From Eledone cirrhosa (taxonomy: Eukaryota), in the NCBI GenBank assembly GCA_964016885.1, contig OZ024740.1:35650001-35714000 (forward strand): a DNA stretch of 64,000 nt, written 5' to 3'. Below the pieces are notes generated by a model, which was given only the letters and a program-made list of their open reading frames with translations, had not been told where the DNA came from and did no database searches. Shown in pieces: positions 52,113 to 64,000 of this stretch. The translations under genes were made by a program, and so were the position numbers. Every line of letters begins with the position of its first letter. Position 1 is the first letter of the stretch.

Positions 52113-55100
52113 AACGACAGTTAGATGTAAGGTGTTGTGATTTCTACAGGCGACAGTTAGATGTGAGGTGTTGTGGTTTAACAGGTGACAGTTATATGAA
52201 AGGTGTTGTGGTTTAACAGGTGACAGTTAGATGTAAGGTTTTGTGGTTTCACAGGTGACAGTTAGATGTAAGGTGTTGTGGTTTAACAGGCGACAGTTAG
52301 ATGTAAGGTGTTGTGGTTCAACAGGCGACAGTTAGATGTAAGCTATTGAGGTTTAACAGGTGACAGTTAGATGTAAGGTGTTGTGGTTTAACAGGCGACA
52401 GTTAGATGTAAGGTGTTGTGGTTCAACAGGCGACAGTTAGATGTAAGCTGTTGAGGTTTAACAGGTGACAGTTAGATATAAGGTGTTGTGGTTTAACAGG
52501 AGACAGTGAGATGTAAGGTGTTTTGGTTTAACAGACGACAGTGAGATGTAAGGTGTTGTGGTTCAACAGACGACAGTTAGATGTAAGGTGTTGTGGTTTA
52601 ACAGACGTCAGTTAGATGTAAGGTGTTGTGGTTCAACAGACAGTTAAATGTAAGGTGTTGTGGTTTAACAAGACGACAGTTAGATGTAAGGTGTAGAGGT
52701 TTACCAGGTGACAGTTATATGTAAGGTGTTGTCGTTTAACAGGCGACAGTTAGATGGAAGGTGTTGTGGTTTAACAGGTGACAGTTAGACGTAAGTTGTA
52801 GGGGTTCAACAGACAGTTAAATGTAAGGTGTTGTGGTTTAACAAGACGACAGTTAGATGTAAGGTGTAGAGGTTTACCAGGTGACAGTTATATGTAAGGT
52901 GTTGTCGTTTAACAGGCAACAGTTAGATGTAAGGTGTTGTGGTTTAACACGCGACAGTTAGATGTAATGTGTTCTGGTTTAACAGGCAACAGTTAGATGT
53001 AAGGTGTTGTGGTTTAACAGGTGACAGTTAGATGTAAGGTGTAGTGGTGTAACAGACGACAGTTAGATGTAAGGTGTAGTGGTTTAACAGACGATAGTTA
53101 TATGTAAGGTGTTGTGGATTAACAGCCGACAGTTTGATGTAAGTGTTGTGGTTTAACAGCCGACTGTTAGATGTAAGGTGTTGTGGTTTAACAAACGACA
53201 GTTAGATGTAAGGTGTTGTGGTTTAACACGCGACAGATAGATGTAAGGTGTTGTGGTTTAACAGGTGACAATTAGATGTAAGGTGTTGTGTTTCAACAGG
53301 CGACAGTTAGATGTAAGTTGTTGTGTTTTAACATGTGACAGTTGTATGTAAGTTGTTGTGGTTTAACAGGCGACAGTTAGATGAATGGTGTTGTGGTTTA
53401 ACAGGCGACAGTTATATGAAAGGTGTTGTGGTTTATCAGGTGACAGTTAGATGTATGGGGTTGTGGTTTAACAGGCGACAGTTAGATGTATGGTGTTGTG
53501 GTTTAACAGGAGACAGTTAGATGTAAGGTGGTGTGGTTTAACAAACGACAGTTAGATGTAAGGTGTTCTGGTTCAACAGGCAACATATAGATGTAAGGTG
53601 TTGTGGTTTAACAGGTGACAGTTAGATGTTACGTTTGTCTTTCAACAGGTGACAGTCAGATGTAAGGTGTTGTGGTTTAACAGGTGACAGTTGTATGTAA
53701 GTTGTTGTGGTTTAACAGGCGACAGTTAGATGTATGGTGTTGTGGTTTAACAGGCGACAGTTATATGAAAGGTGTTGTGGTTTAACAGGTGACAGTTAGA
53801 TGTAAAGTGTTGTGGTTCAACTGACGAGAGTTAATCGTAAGGTGTTGTGGTTTAACAGGCGACAGTTAGATGTAAGGTGTTGTGGTTTAACAGACGTCAG
53901 TTAGATGTAAGGTGTTGTCGTTCAACAGACAGTTAAATGTAAGGTGTTGTGGTTTAACAAGACGACAGCTAGATGTAAGGTGTAGAGGTTTACCAGGTGA
54001 CAGTTAGATGTAAGGTGTTGTCGTTTAACAGGCGATAGTTAGATGGAAGGTGTTGTGGTTTAACAGGTGACAGTTAGCTGTAAGGTATAGTGGTTTAACA
54101 GGCGACAGTTAGATGTAAGGTGTTGTGGTTTAACAGGCGACAGTGAGATGTAAGGTGTAGTGGTTTAACAGCTGACAGTTAGATGCATGGTGTTGTCGTT
54201 AAACAGGCGACAGTTAGATGGAAGGTGTTGTGGTGTAACAGGCGACAGTTAGATGTAAGGTGTTGTCGTATAACAGGCAACAGTTAGATGGAAGGTGTTG
54301 TGGTTTAACAGGTGACAGTTAGATGTAAGGTATAGTGGTTTAACAGGCGACAGTGAGATGTAAGGTGTTGTGGTTCAACAGGCGACAGTTAGATGTAAGG
54401 TGTTGTGGTTTAGCAGGTGACAGTTAGATGTAATGTGTTGTGGTTTACCAGGTGACAGTTAGATGTAATGTGTTGTGGTCTACCAGGTGACAGTTAGATG
54501 TAAGGTGTTGTGGCTTAACAGACGACAGTTAGATGTATGGTGTTGTGGTTTAACAGACGACAGTGAGATGTAAGGTGTTGTGCTTTGACAGGTGACAGTT
54601 AGATGTAAGGTGTTGTGTTTTAACAAACGACAGTTATATGTAAGGTGATGTGGTTCAACAGGCGACAGTTAGATGTAAGTTGTTGTGGTTTAACAGGTGA
54701 CAGTTAGATGTAAGGTGTAGTGGTTTAACAGACGACAGTTAGATGTAAGGTGTAGTGGTTTAACAGACGACAGTTAGATGTAAAGTGTAGTGCTTTAACA
54801 GACGACAGTTATATGTAAGGTGTTGTGGTTTAACAGACGACAGTTAGATGTAATGTGTTGTGGTTTAACAGACGCCAGTTAGATGTAAGGTGTTGTGGTT
54901 TAACAAACGACAGTTAGATGTAAGGTGTTGTCGTTCAACAGGCGACAGTTAGATGTAAGGTGTTGTGGTTTAACAGGTGACAGTTATATAAAAGGTGTTG
55001 TGGTTTAACAGGTGACAGTTAGATGTAAAGTGTTGTGGTTCAACAGACGACAGTTAAATGTAAGGTGTTGTGATTCAACAGACGAGAGTTATATGCAAAG

Positions 55101-58100
55101 TGTTGTGGTTTAACAGACGACAGTTAGATGTAAAGTATAGTGGTTTAACAGGCGACAGTTAGATGTAAGGTTTTGTGGGTCAACAGGCGACAGTTAGATG
55201 TAAGGTGTTGTGGTTTACAGTTGACAGTTAGATGTAGGGTGTAGTGGTTTAACAGACGACAGTTAGATGTAAGGTGTAGTGGTTTAACAGACGACAGTTA
55301 GATGTAAAGTGTAGTGGTTTAACAGACGACAGTTATATGTAAGGTGTTGTGGTTTAACAGACGACAGTTAGATGTAATGTGTTGTGGTTTAACAGACAAC
55401 AGTTAGATGTAAGGTGTTGTGGTTTAACAAATGACAGTTAGATGTAAGGTGTTGTGGTTCAACAGGCGACAGTTAGATGTACGGTGTTGTGGTTTAACAG
55501 GTGACAGTTATATGAAAGGTGTTGTGGTTTAACAGGTGACAGTTAGATGTAAGGTGTTGTGGCTTCACAGGTGACAGTTAGATGTAAGGTGTTGTGGTTC
55601 AACAGGCGACAGTTAGATATAAGCTGTTGTGGTTTAACAGGTGACAGTTAGATCTAAGGTGTTGTGGTTTAACAGTCGACAGTTAGATGTAAGGTGTTGC
55701 GGTTCAACAGGCGACAGTTAGATGTAAGCTGTTGAGGTTTAACAGGTGACAGTTAGATGTAAGGTGTTGTGGTTTAACAGGTGACAGTGAGATGTAAGGT
55801 GTTTTGGTTTAACAGACGACAGTGAGATGTAAGGTGTTGTGGTTCAACAGACGAGAGTTAATCGTAAGGTGTTGTGGTTTAACAGGCTACAGTTAGATAT
55901 AAGGTGTTGTGGTTCAACAGGCGACAGTTAGATGTAAGCTGTTGAGGTTTAACAGGCGACAGTTAGATGTATGGTGTTGTGGTTTAACAGGCGACAGTTA
56001 TATGAAAGGTGTTGTGGTTTAACAGGTGACAGTTAGATGTAAAGTGTTGTGGTTCAACAGACGAGAGTTAATCGTAAGGTGTTGTGGTTTAACAGGCGAC
56101 AGTTAGATGTAAGGTGTTGTGGTTTAACAGACGTCAGTTAGATGTAAGGTGTTGTGGTTCAACAGACAGTTAAATGTAAGGTGCTGTGGTTTAACAAGAC
56201 GACAGTTAGATGTAAGGTGTAGAGGTTTACCAGGTGACAGTTAGATGTAAGGTGTTGTCGTTTAACAGGCGACAGTTAGATGGAAGGTGTTGTGGTTTAA
56301 CAGGTGACAGTTAGCTGTAAGGTATAGTGGTTTAACAGGCGACAGTTAGATGTAAGGTGTTGTGGTTTAACAAGCGACAGTGAGATGTAAGGTGTTGTGG
56401 TTGAACAGGCGACAGTTAGATGTATGGTGTTGTGGTTGAATAGGTGACAGTTAGATGTGACGTGTTGTGGTTTAACAGGCCACAGTGAGATGCAAGGTGT
56501 TGTGGTTTAACAGGCGACAGTGAGATGTAAGATGTTGTGGTTCAACAGGCGACAGATAGATGTAAGGTGTTGTCGTATAACAGGCAACAGTTAGATGGAA
56601 GGTGTTGTGGTTTAACAGGTGACAGTTAGATGTAAGGTATAGTGGTTTAACAGGCGACAGTGAGATGTAAGGTGTTCTGGTTCAACAGGCAACACTTAGA
56701 TGTAAGGTGTTGTGGTTTAGCAGGTGACAGTTAGATGTAATGTGTTTTGGCTTAACAGACGACAGTTAGATGTATGGTGTTGTAGTTTAACAGACGACAG
56801 TGAGATGTAAGGTGTTTTGGTTTGACAGGTGACAGTGAGATGTAAGGTGTTGTGGTTTAACAGGTGACAGTTAGATGTAAGGTGTTTTGGCTTAACAGAC
56901 GACAGTTAGATGTATGGTGTTGTGGTTTAACAGACGACAGTGAGATGTAAGGTGTTGTGGTTTGACAGGTGACAGTTAGATGTAAGGTGTTGTGTTTTAA
57001 CAAACGACAGTTATATGTAAGGTGATGTGGTTCAACAGGCGACAGTTAGATGTAAGTTGTTGTGGTTTAACAGGTGACAGTTATATGTAAGGTGTTGTGG
57101 TTTAACAGGAGACAGTTAGATGTAAGGTGTTGTGGTTTACAGTTGACAGTTAGATGTAAGGTGTAGTGGTTTAACAGACGACAGTTAGATGTAAGGTGTA
57201 GTGGTTTAACAGACGACAGTTAGATGTAAAGTGTAGTGGTTTAACAGACGACAGTTATATGTAAGGTGTTGTGGTTTAACAGACGACAGTTAGATGTAAT
57301 GTGTTGTGGTTTAACAGACGACAGTTAGATGTAAGGTGTTGTGGTTTAAGAAACGATAGTTAGATGTAAGGTGTTGTGGTTCAACAGGCGACAGTTAGAT
57401 GTAAGGTGTTGTGGTTTAACAGGTGACAGTTATATGAAAGGTGTTGTGGTTTAACAGGTGACAGTTAAATGTAAAGTGTTGTGGTTCAACAGACGACAGT
57501 TAAATGTAAGGTGTTGTGATTCAACACACGAGAGTTATATGCAAGGTGTTGTGGTTTAACAGACGACAGTTAGATGTAAAGTATAGTGGTTTAACAGGCG
57601 ACAGTTAGATGTAAGGTGTTGTGGGTCAACAGGCGACAGTTAGATGTAAGGTGTTGTTGTTTACAGTTGACAGTTAGATATAAGGTGTAGTGGTTTAACA
57701 GACGACAGTTAGATGTAAGGTGTAGTGGTTTAACAGACGACAGTTTGATGTAAAGTGTAGTGGTTTAACAGACGACAGTTATATGTAAGGTGTTGTGGTT
57801 TAACAGACGACAGTTAGATGTAATGTGTTGTGGTTTAACAGACGACAGTTAGATGGAAGGTGTTGTGGTTTAACAAACGACTGTTAGATGTAAGGTGTTG
57901 TGGTTCAACAGGCGACAGTTAGATGTAAAGTGTTGTGGTTTAACAGGTGACAGTTATATGAAAGGTGTTGTGGTTTAACAGGTGACAGTTAGATGTAAGG
58001 TGTTGTGGTTTCACAGGTGACAGTTAGATGTAAGGTGTTGTGGTTTAACAGGTGACAGTTAGATGTAAGGTGTTGTGGTTCAACAGGCGACAGTTAGATG

Positions 58101-61100
58101 TAAGGTGTTGTGGTTTAGCAGGTGACAGTTAGATGTAATGTGTTGTGGTTTAACAGGCGACAGTGAGATGTAAGGTGTAGTGGTTTAACAGGCTACATTT
58201 AGATGTAATGTGTTCTGGTTTAACAGGCAACAGTTAGATGTAAGGTGTAGTGGTTTAACAGACGACAGTTAGATATAAGGTGTAGTGGTTTAACAGACGA
58301 CAGTTAGATGTAAGGTGTAGTGGTTTAACAGACGACAGTTAGATGTAAGGTGTAGTGGTTTAACAGAAGACAGTTAGATGTAAGGTGTAGTGGTTCACAG
58401 GCGACAGTTAGATGTAAGGTGTCCTGGTTTAACAGACGACAGTTAGATGTAAGTTGTAGTGGTTTAACAGACGACAGTTAGATGTAAGCTGTAGTGGTTC
58501 AACAGACGACAGTTAAATGTAAGGTGTTGTGGTTTAACAGGTGAAAGTTAGATGTAAGGTGTAGTGGTTTAACAGACGGTAGTTAGATGTAAGGTGTAGT
58601 GGTTTCATAGGCGACATTTAGATGTAAGATGTAGTGGTTTAACAGACGGAATTTAAATGTAAGGTGTTGTGGTTTAACAGGCGACAGTTAGATGTAAGGT
58701 GTTGTGGTTTAACAGACGTCAGTTAGATGTAAGGTGTTGTGGTTCAACGGACGAGAGTTAAATGTAAGGTGTTGTGGTTTAACAGACGACAGTTAGATGT
58801 AATGAGTCGTTTAACAGTCGTTAGTTAGATGTAAGGTGTAGTGGTTTAACAGGTGACAGTTAGATGTAAGGTGTTGTCGTTTAACAGGCGACAGTTAGAT
58901 GGAAGGTGTTGTGGTTCAACATGCGACAGTTAGATGTATGGTGTTGTGGTTTAACAGGCGACAGTGACATGTAAGATGTTGTGGTTTAACAGGCGACAGT
59001 GAGATGTAAGGTGTTGTGGTTTAACAGGCGACAGTGAGATGTAAGGTGTTGTGGTTGAACAGGCGACAGTTAGATGTATGGTGTTGTGGTTGAATAGGTG
59101 ACAGTTAGATGTGAGGTGTTGTGGTTTAACAGGCCACAGTGAGATGCAAGGTGTTGTGGTTTAACAGGCGACAGTGAGATGTAAGGTGTAGTGGTTTAAC
59201 AGCTGACAGTTAGATGCATGGTGTTGTCGTTAAACAGGCGACAGTTAGATGTAATGTGTTGTGGTTTACCAGGTGACAGTGAGATGTAAGGTGTTGTGGT
59301 TTAACAGGTGACAGTTAGATTAAAGGTGTTGTGGCTTAACAGACGACAGTTAGATGTATGGTGTTGTGGTTTAACAGACGACAGTGAGATGTAAGGTGTT
59401 GTGGTTTGACAGGTGACAGTTAGATGTAAGGTGTTGTGTTTTAACAAACGACAGTTATATGTAAGGTGATGTGGTTCAACAAGCGACAGTTAGATGTAAG
59501 TTGTTGTGGTTTAACAGGTGACAGTTATATGTATGGTGTTGTGGTTTAACAGGAGACAGTTAGATGTAAGGTGTTGTGGTTTACAGTTGACAGTTAGATG
59601 TAAGGTGTAGTGGTTTAACAGACGACAGTTAGATGTAAGGTGTAGTGGTTTAACAGACGACAGTTAGATGTAAAGTGTAGTGGTTTAACAGACGACAGTT
59701 ATATGTAAGGTGTTGTGGTTTAACAGACGACAGTTAGATGTAATGTGTTGTGGTTTAACAGACGACAGTTATATGTAAGGTGTTGTGGTTTAACAGACGA
59801 CAGTTAGATGTAATGTGTTGTGGTTTAACAGACGACAGTTAGATGTAAGGTGTTGTGGTTCAACAGGCGACAGTTAGATGTAAGGTGTTGTGGTTTAACA
59901 GGTGACAGTTATATGAAAGGTGTTGTGGTTTAACAGGTGACAGTTAAATGTAAAGTGTTGTGGTTCAACAGACGACAGTTAAATGTAAGGTGTTGTGATT
60001 CAACAGACGAGAGTTATATGCAAGGTGTTGTGGTTTAACAGACGACAGTTAGATGTAAAGTATAGTGGTTTAACAGGCGACAGTTAGATGTAAGGTGTTG
60101 TGGGTCAACAGGCGACAGTTAGATGTAAGGTGTTGTTGTTTACAGTTGACAGTTAGATATAAGGTGTAGTGGTTTAACAGACGACATTTAGATGTAAGGT
60201 GTAGTGGTTCAAGAGACGACAGTTTGATGTAAAGTGTAGTGGTTTAACAGACGACAGTTATATGTAAGGTGTTGTGGTTTAACAAACGACAGTTAGATGT
60301 AATGTGTTGTGGTTTAACAGACGACAGTTAGATGTAAGGTGTTTTGGTTTAACAAACGACTGTTAGATGTAAGGTGTTGTGGTTCAACAGGCGACAGTTA
60401 GATGTAAGGTGTTGTGGTTTAACAGGTGACAGTTATATGAAAGGTGTTGTGGTTTAACAGGTGACAGTTAGATGTAAGATGTTGTGGTTTCACAGGTGAC
60501 AGTTAGATGTAAGGTGTTGTGGTTTAACAGGCGACAGTTAGATGTAAGGTTTTGTGGTTCAACAGGCGACAGTTAGATGTAAGGTGTTGTGGTTTAGCAG
60601 GTGACAGTTAGATGTAATGTGTTGTGGTTTAACAGGTGACAGTTAGATGTAAGGTGTTGTGGCTTAACAGACGACAGTTAGATGTATGGTGTTGTGGTTT
60701 AAGAGACGACAGTGAGATGTAAGGTGTTGTGGTTTGACAGGTGACAGTTAGATGTAAGGTGTTGTGTTTTAACAAACGACAGTTATATGTAAGGTGATGT
60801 GGTTCAACAGGCGACAGTTAGATGTAAGTTGTTGTGGTTTAACAGGTGACAGTTATATGTAAGGTGTTGTGGTTTGACAGGAGACAGTTAGATGTAAGGT
60901 GTTGTGGTTTACAGTTGACAGTTAGATGTAAGGTGTAGTGGTTTAACAGACGACAGTTAGATGTAAGGTGTAGTGGTTTAACAGACGACAGTTAGATGTA
61001 AAGTGTAGTGGTTTAACAGACGACAGTTATATGTAAGGTGTTGTGGTTTAACAGACGACAGTTAGATGTAAGGTGTTGTGGTTTAACAAACGACAGTTAG

Positions 61101-64000
61101 ATGTAAGGTGTTGTGGTTCAACAGGCGACAGTTAGATGTAAGGTGTTGAGGTTTAACAGGTGACAGTTATATGAAAGGTGTTGTGGTTTAACAGGTGACA
61201 GTTAAATGTAAAGTGTTGTGGTTCAACAGACGACAGTTAAATGTAAGGTGTTGTGATTCAACAGACGAGAGTTATATGCAAGGTGTTGCGGTTTAACAGA
61301 CGACAGTTAGATGTAAAGTATAGTGGTTTAACAGGCGACAGTTAGATGTAAGGTGTTGTGGGTCAACAGGCGACAGTTAGATGTAAGGTGTTGTTGTTTA
61401 CAGTTGACAGTTAGATATAAGGTGTAGTGGTTTAACAGACGACAGTTTGATGTAAAGTGTAGTGGTTTAACAGACGACAGTTATATGTAAGGTGTTGTGG
61501 TTTAACAGACGACAGTTAGATGTGATGTGTTGTGGTTTCACAGGTGACAGTTAGATGTAAGGTGTTGTGGTTTAACAGGCGACAGTTAGATGTAAGGTGT
61601 TGTGGTTCAACAGGCGACAGTTAGATGTAAGCTGTTGAGTTTGAACAGGTGACAGTTAGATGTAAGGTGTTGTGGATTAACAGGCGACAGTTAGATGTAA
61701 GGTCTTGTGGTTCAACAGGCGACAGTTAGATGTAAGCTGTTGAGGTTTAACAGGTGACAGTTAGATGTAAGGTGTTGTGGTTTAACAGGCGACAGTGAGA
61801 TGTAAGGTGTTTTGGTTTAACAGACGACAGTGAGATGTAAGGTGTTGTGGTTTAAAAGGTGACAGTTCGATGTAAGGTGTTGTGTTTTAACAGGTGACAG
61901 TTAGATGCAAGGTGTAGGTGTATAACAAGCAACAGTTAGATGTAAGGTGTTGTGGTTTAACAGGTGACAGTTAGATGGAAGATTTTGTGGTTTAACAGGT
62001 GACAGTTATATGTAAGGTGTTGTGGTTTAACAGGAGACAGTTAGATGTAAGGTGCTGTGGTTTACAGTTGACAGTTAGATGTAAGGTGTAGTGGTTTAAC
62101 AGACGACAGTTAGATGTAAGGTGTAGTGGTTTAACAGACGACAGTTAGATATAAAGTGTAGTGGTTTAACAGACGACAGTTATATGTAAGGTGTTGTGGT
62201 TTAACAGACGACAGTTAGATGTAATGTGTTGTGGTTTATCAGACGAACAGTTAGATGTAAGGTGTTGTGGTTTAACAAACGACAGTTAGATGTAAGGTGT
62301 TGTGGTTCAACAGGCGACAGTTAGATGTAAGGTCTTGTGGTTCAACAGGCGACAGTTAGATGTAAGCTGTTGAGGTTTAACAGGTGACAGTTAGATGTAA
62401 GGTGTTGTGGTTTAACAGGCGACAGTGAGATGTAAGGTGTTTTGGTTTAACAGACGACAGTGAGATGTAAGGTGTTGTGGTTTAAAAGGTGACAGTTCGA
62501 TGTAAGGTGTTGTGTTTTAACAGGTGACAGTTAGATGCAAGGTGTATGTGTTTAACAAGCAACAGTTAGATGTAAGGTGTTGTGGTTTAACAGGTGACAG
62601 TTAGATGGAAGATTTTGTGGTTTAACAGGTGACAGTTAGATGTAATGTGTTCTGGTTTAACAGGTAACAATTAGATGTAAGGTGTTGTGGTTTAACAGGT
62701 GACAGTTAGATGTAAGGTGTTGTGGTTTAACAGGCGACAGTGAGATGTAGGGTGTTGTGGTTTAACAGGCGACAGTGAGATGTAAGGTGTAGTGGTTTAA
62801 CAGGCTACATTTAGATGTAATGTGTTCTGGTTTAACAGGCAACAGTTAGATGTAAGGTGTAGTGGTTTAACAGACGACAGTTAGATGTAAGGTGTAGTGG
62901 TTTAACAGACGACAGTTAGATGTAAGGTGTAGTGGTTTAACAGACGACAGTTAGATGTAAGGTGTAGTGGTTTAACAGAAGACAGTTAGATGTAAGGTGT
63001 AGTGGTTCACAGGCGACAGTTAGATGTAAGGTGTCCTGGTTTAACAGACGACAGTTAGATGTAAGTTGTAGTGGTTTAACAGACGACAGTTAGATGTAAG
63101 CTGTAGTGGTTCAACAGACGACAGTTAAATGTAAGGTGTTGTGGTTTAACAGGTGAAAGTTAGATGTAAGGTGTAGTGGTTTAACAGACGGTAGTTAGAT
63201 GTAAGGTGTAGTGGTTTCATAGGCGACATTTAGATGTAAGATGTAGTGGTTTAACAGACGAAATGTAAATGTAAGGTATTGTGGTTTAACAGGCGACAGT
63301 TAGATGTAAGGTGTTGTGGTTTAACAGACGTCAGTTAGATGTAAGGTGTTGTGGTTCAACGGACGAGGGTTAAATGTAAGGTGTTGTGGTTTAACAGACG
63401 ACAGTTAGATGTAATGAGTCGTTTAACAGTCGTTAGTTAGATGTAAGGTGTAGTGGTTTAACAGGTGACAGTTAGATGTAAGGTGTTGTCGTTTAACAGG
63501 CGACAGTTAGATGGAAGGTGTTGTGGTTCAACATGCGACAGTTAGATGTATGGTGTTGTGGTTTAACAGGCGACAGTGACATGTAAGATGTTGTGGTTTA
63601 ACAGGCGACAGTGAGATGTAAGGTGTTGTGGTTTAACAGGCGACAGTGAGATGTAAGGTGTTGTTTTTGAACAGGCGACAGTTAGATGTATGGTGTTGTG
63701 GTTGAATATGTGACAGTTAGATGTGAGGTGTTGTGGTTTAACAGGCCACAGTGAGATGCAAGGTGTTGTGGTTTAACAGGCGACAGTGAGATGTAAGGTG
63801 TAGTGGTTTAACAGCTGACAGTTAGATGCATGGTGTTGTCGTTAAACAGGCGACAGTTAGATGTAAGTTGGTGTGGTTTAACAGGTGACAGTTATATGTA
63901 TGGTGTTGTGGTTTAACAGGAGACAGTTAGATGTAAGGTGTTGTGGTTTACAGTTGACAGTTAGATGTAAGGTGTAGTGGTTTAACAGACGACAGTTAGA
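46850..64000 (+). repeat. Right-hand subfamily domain of the same 35-bp satellite
   Basis: Variants seen only here: TTTACAGTTGAC, TTCAACAGACAGTTAAATG followed by TTTAACAAGACGAC, AGAGGTTTACCAGG, TCGTATAAC, TTTGACAGG, TGATTCAAC. The stretch ~48350-50580 is left-type sequence brought in by the 3732-bp duplication. Confidence 0.8.
58140..63860 (+). repeat. Dispersed ~1.1 kb duplicate: ~58140-59240 and ~62750-63860 (offset 4612 bp)
   Basis: GGCTACATTTAG at 58191 and 62803, GGTTCACAGG at 58392 and 63004, ATGAGTCG at 58802 and 63414. Confidence 0.88.

Larger units (their letters stand above)
1..64000 (+). repeat. 35-bp tandem satellite DNA array (~1,830 monomers), running off both window ends
   Basis: Monomers start at 1, 36, 71, 106 and so on (GGTTTAACAG GYGACAGTTA GATGTAAGGT GTTGT) and continue with no non-repeat interruption to 64000. 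Most copies differ from consensus by only a few substitutions, with rare 1-3 bp indels. Consensus composition is G12 T11 A9 C3 (43% GC). Confidence 0.99.

Noticed and set aside
7490-53520. Five 61-76 aa ORFs (7490, 9936, 46384, 50116, 53335) as genes
   Set aside because: All are copies of one satellite segment, start at GTG in the track, lack any non-repeat context, and their 35-aa periodicity follows directly from 3 x 35 bp.
1-64000. CRISPR array (35-bp repeat, partial palindrome, GTTGTGGTTT-like start)
   Set aside because: Repeats abut directly with no unique spacers, and there is no leader or cas gene.
1-64000. Giant repetitive protein gene on either strand
   Set aside because: The unit length is not a multiple of 3 and the consensus has stop codons on both strands, so every frame closes quickly.
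1-64000. Telomerase-synthesised long telomeric repeat or G-quadruplex array
   Set aside because: Ordered kb-scale variant duplications indicate recombinational amplification, not templated addition. G-runs are mostly only GG and there are no canonical telomere tracts.
1-64000. Integron attC array, iterons or recombinase-site cassette system (GTTAGAT fits GTTRRRY)
   Set aside because: No cassettes, integrase or rep gene, and a 7-bp degenerate match in a tandem repeat is not evidence.
1-64000. Rolling-circle or sequencing concatemer artefact
   Set aside because: Variants are shared hierarchically among distant blocks in conserved order, which random error on a single template would not produce.

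Overview
The whole 64 kb window is one uninterrupted head-to-tail satellite DNA array of a 35-bp monomer, consensus GGTTTAACAGG(C/T)GACAGT(T/G)AGATGTAAGGTGT(T/A)GT. That is about 1,830 copies (64000/35), all in the same orientation. I see no genes, RNA genes, transposon insertions, inversions or CRISPR spacers. The five ORFs in the track are copies of one satellite segment. The information lies in the monomer variants. They recur in a conserved order, forming irregular kb-scale higher-order repeats. They record nested tandem duplications from 70 bp to 3.7 kb, and they divide the array into age layers, with a change of variant subfamily at about 47-52 kb. The monomer also holds an imperfect inverted repeat around a CpG-containing 4-nt loop. 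The source looks eukaryotic, which is an inference, and I cannot name the organism or repeat family. I found no support for a new protein-based system. Coordinates were read by eye and block boundaries are approximate to about one monomer.
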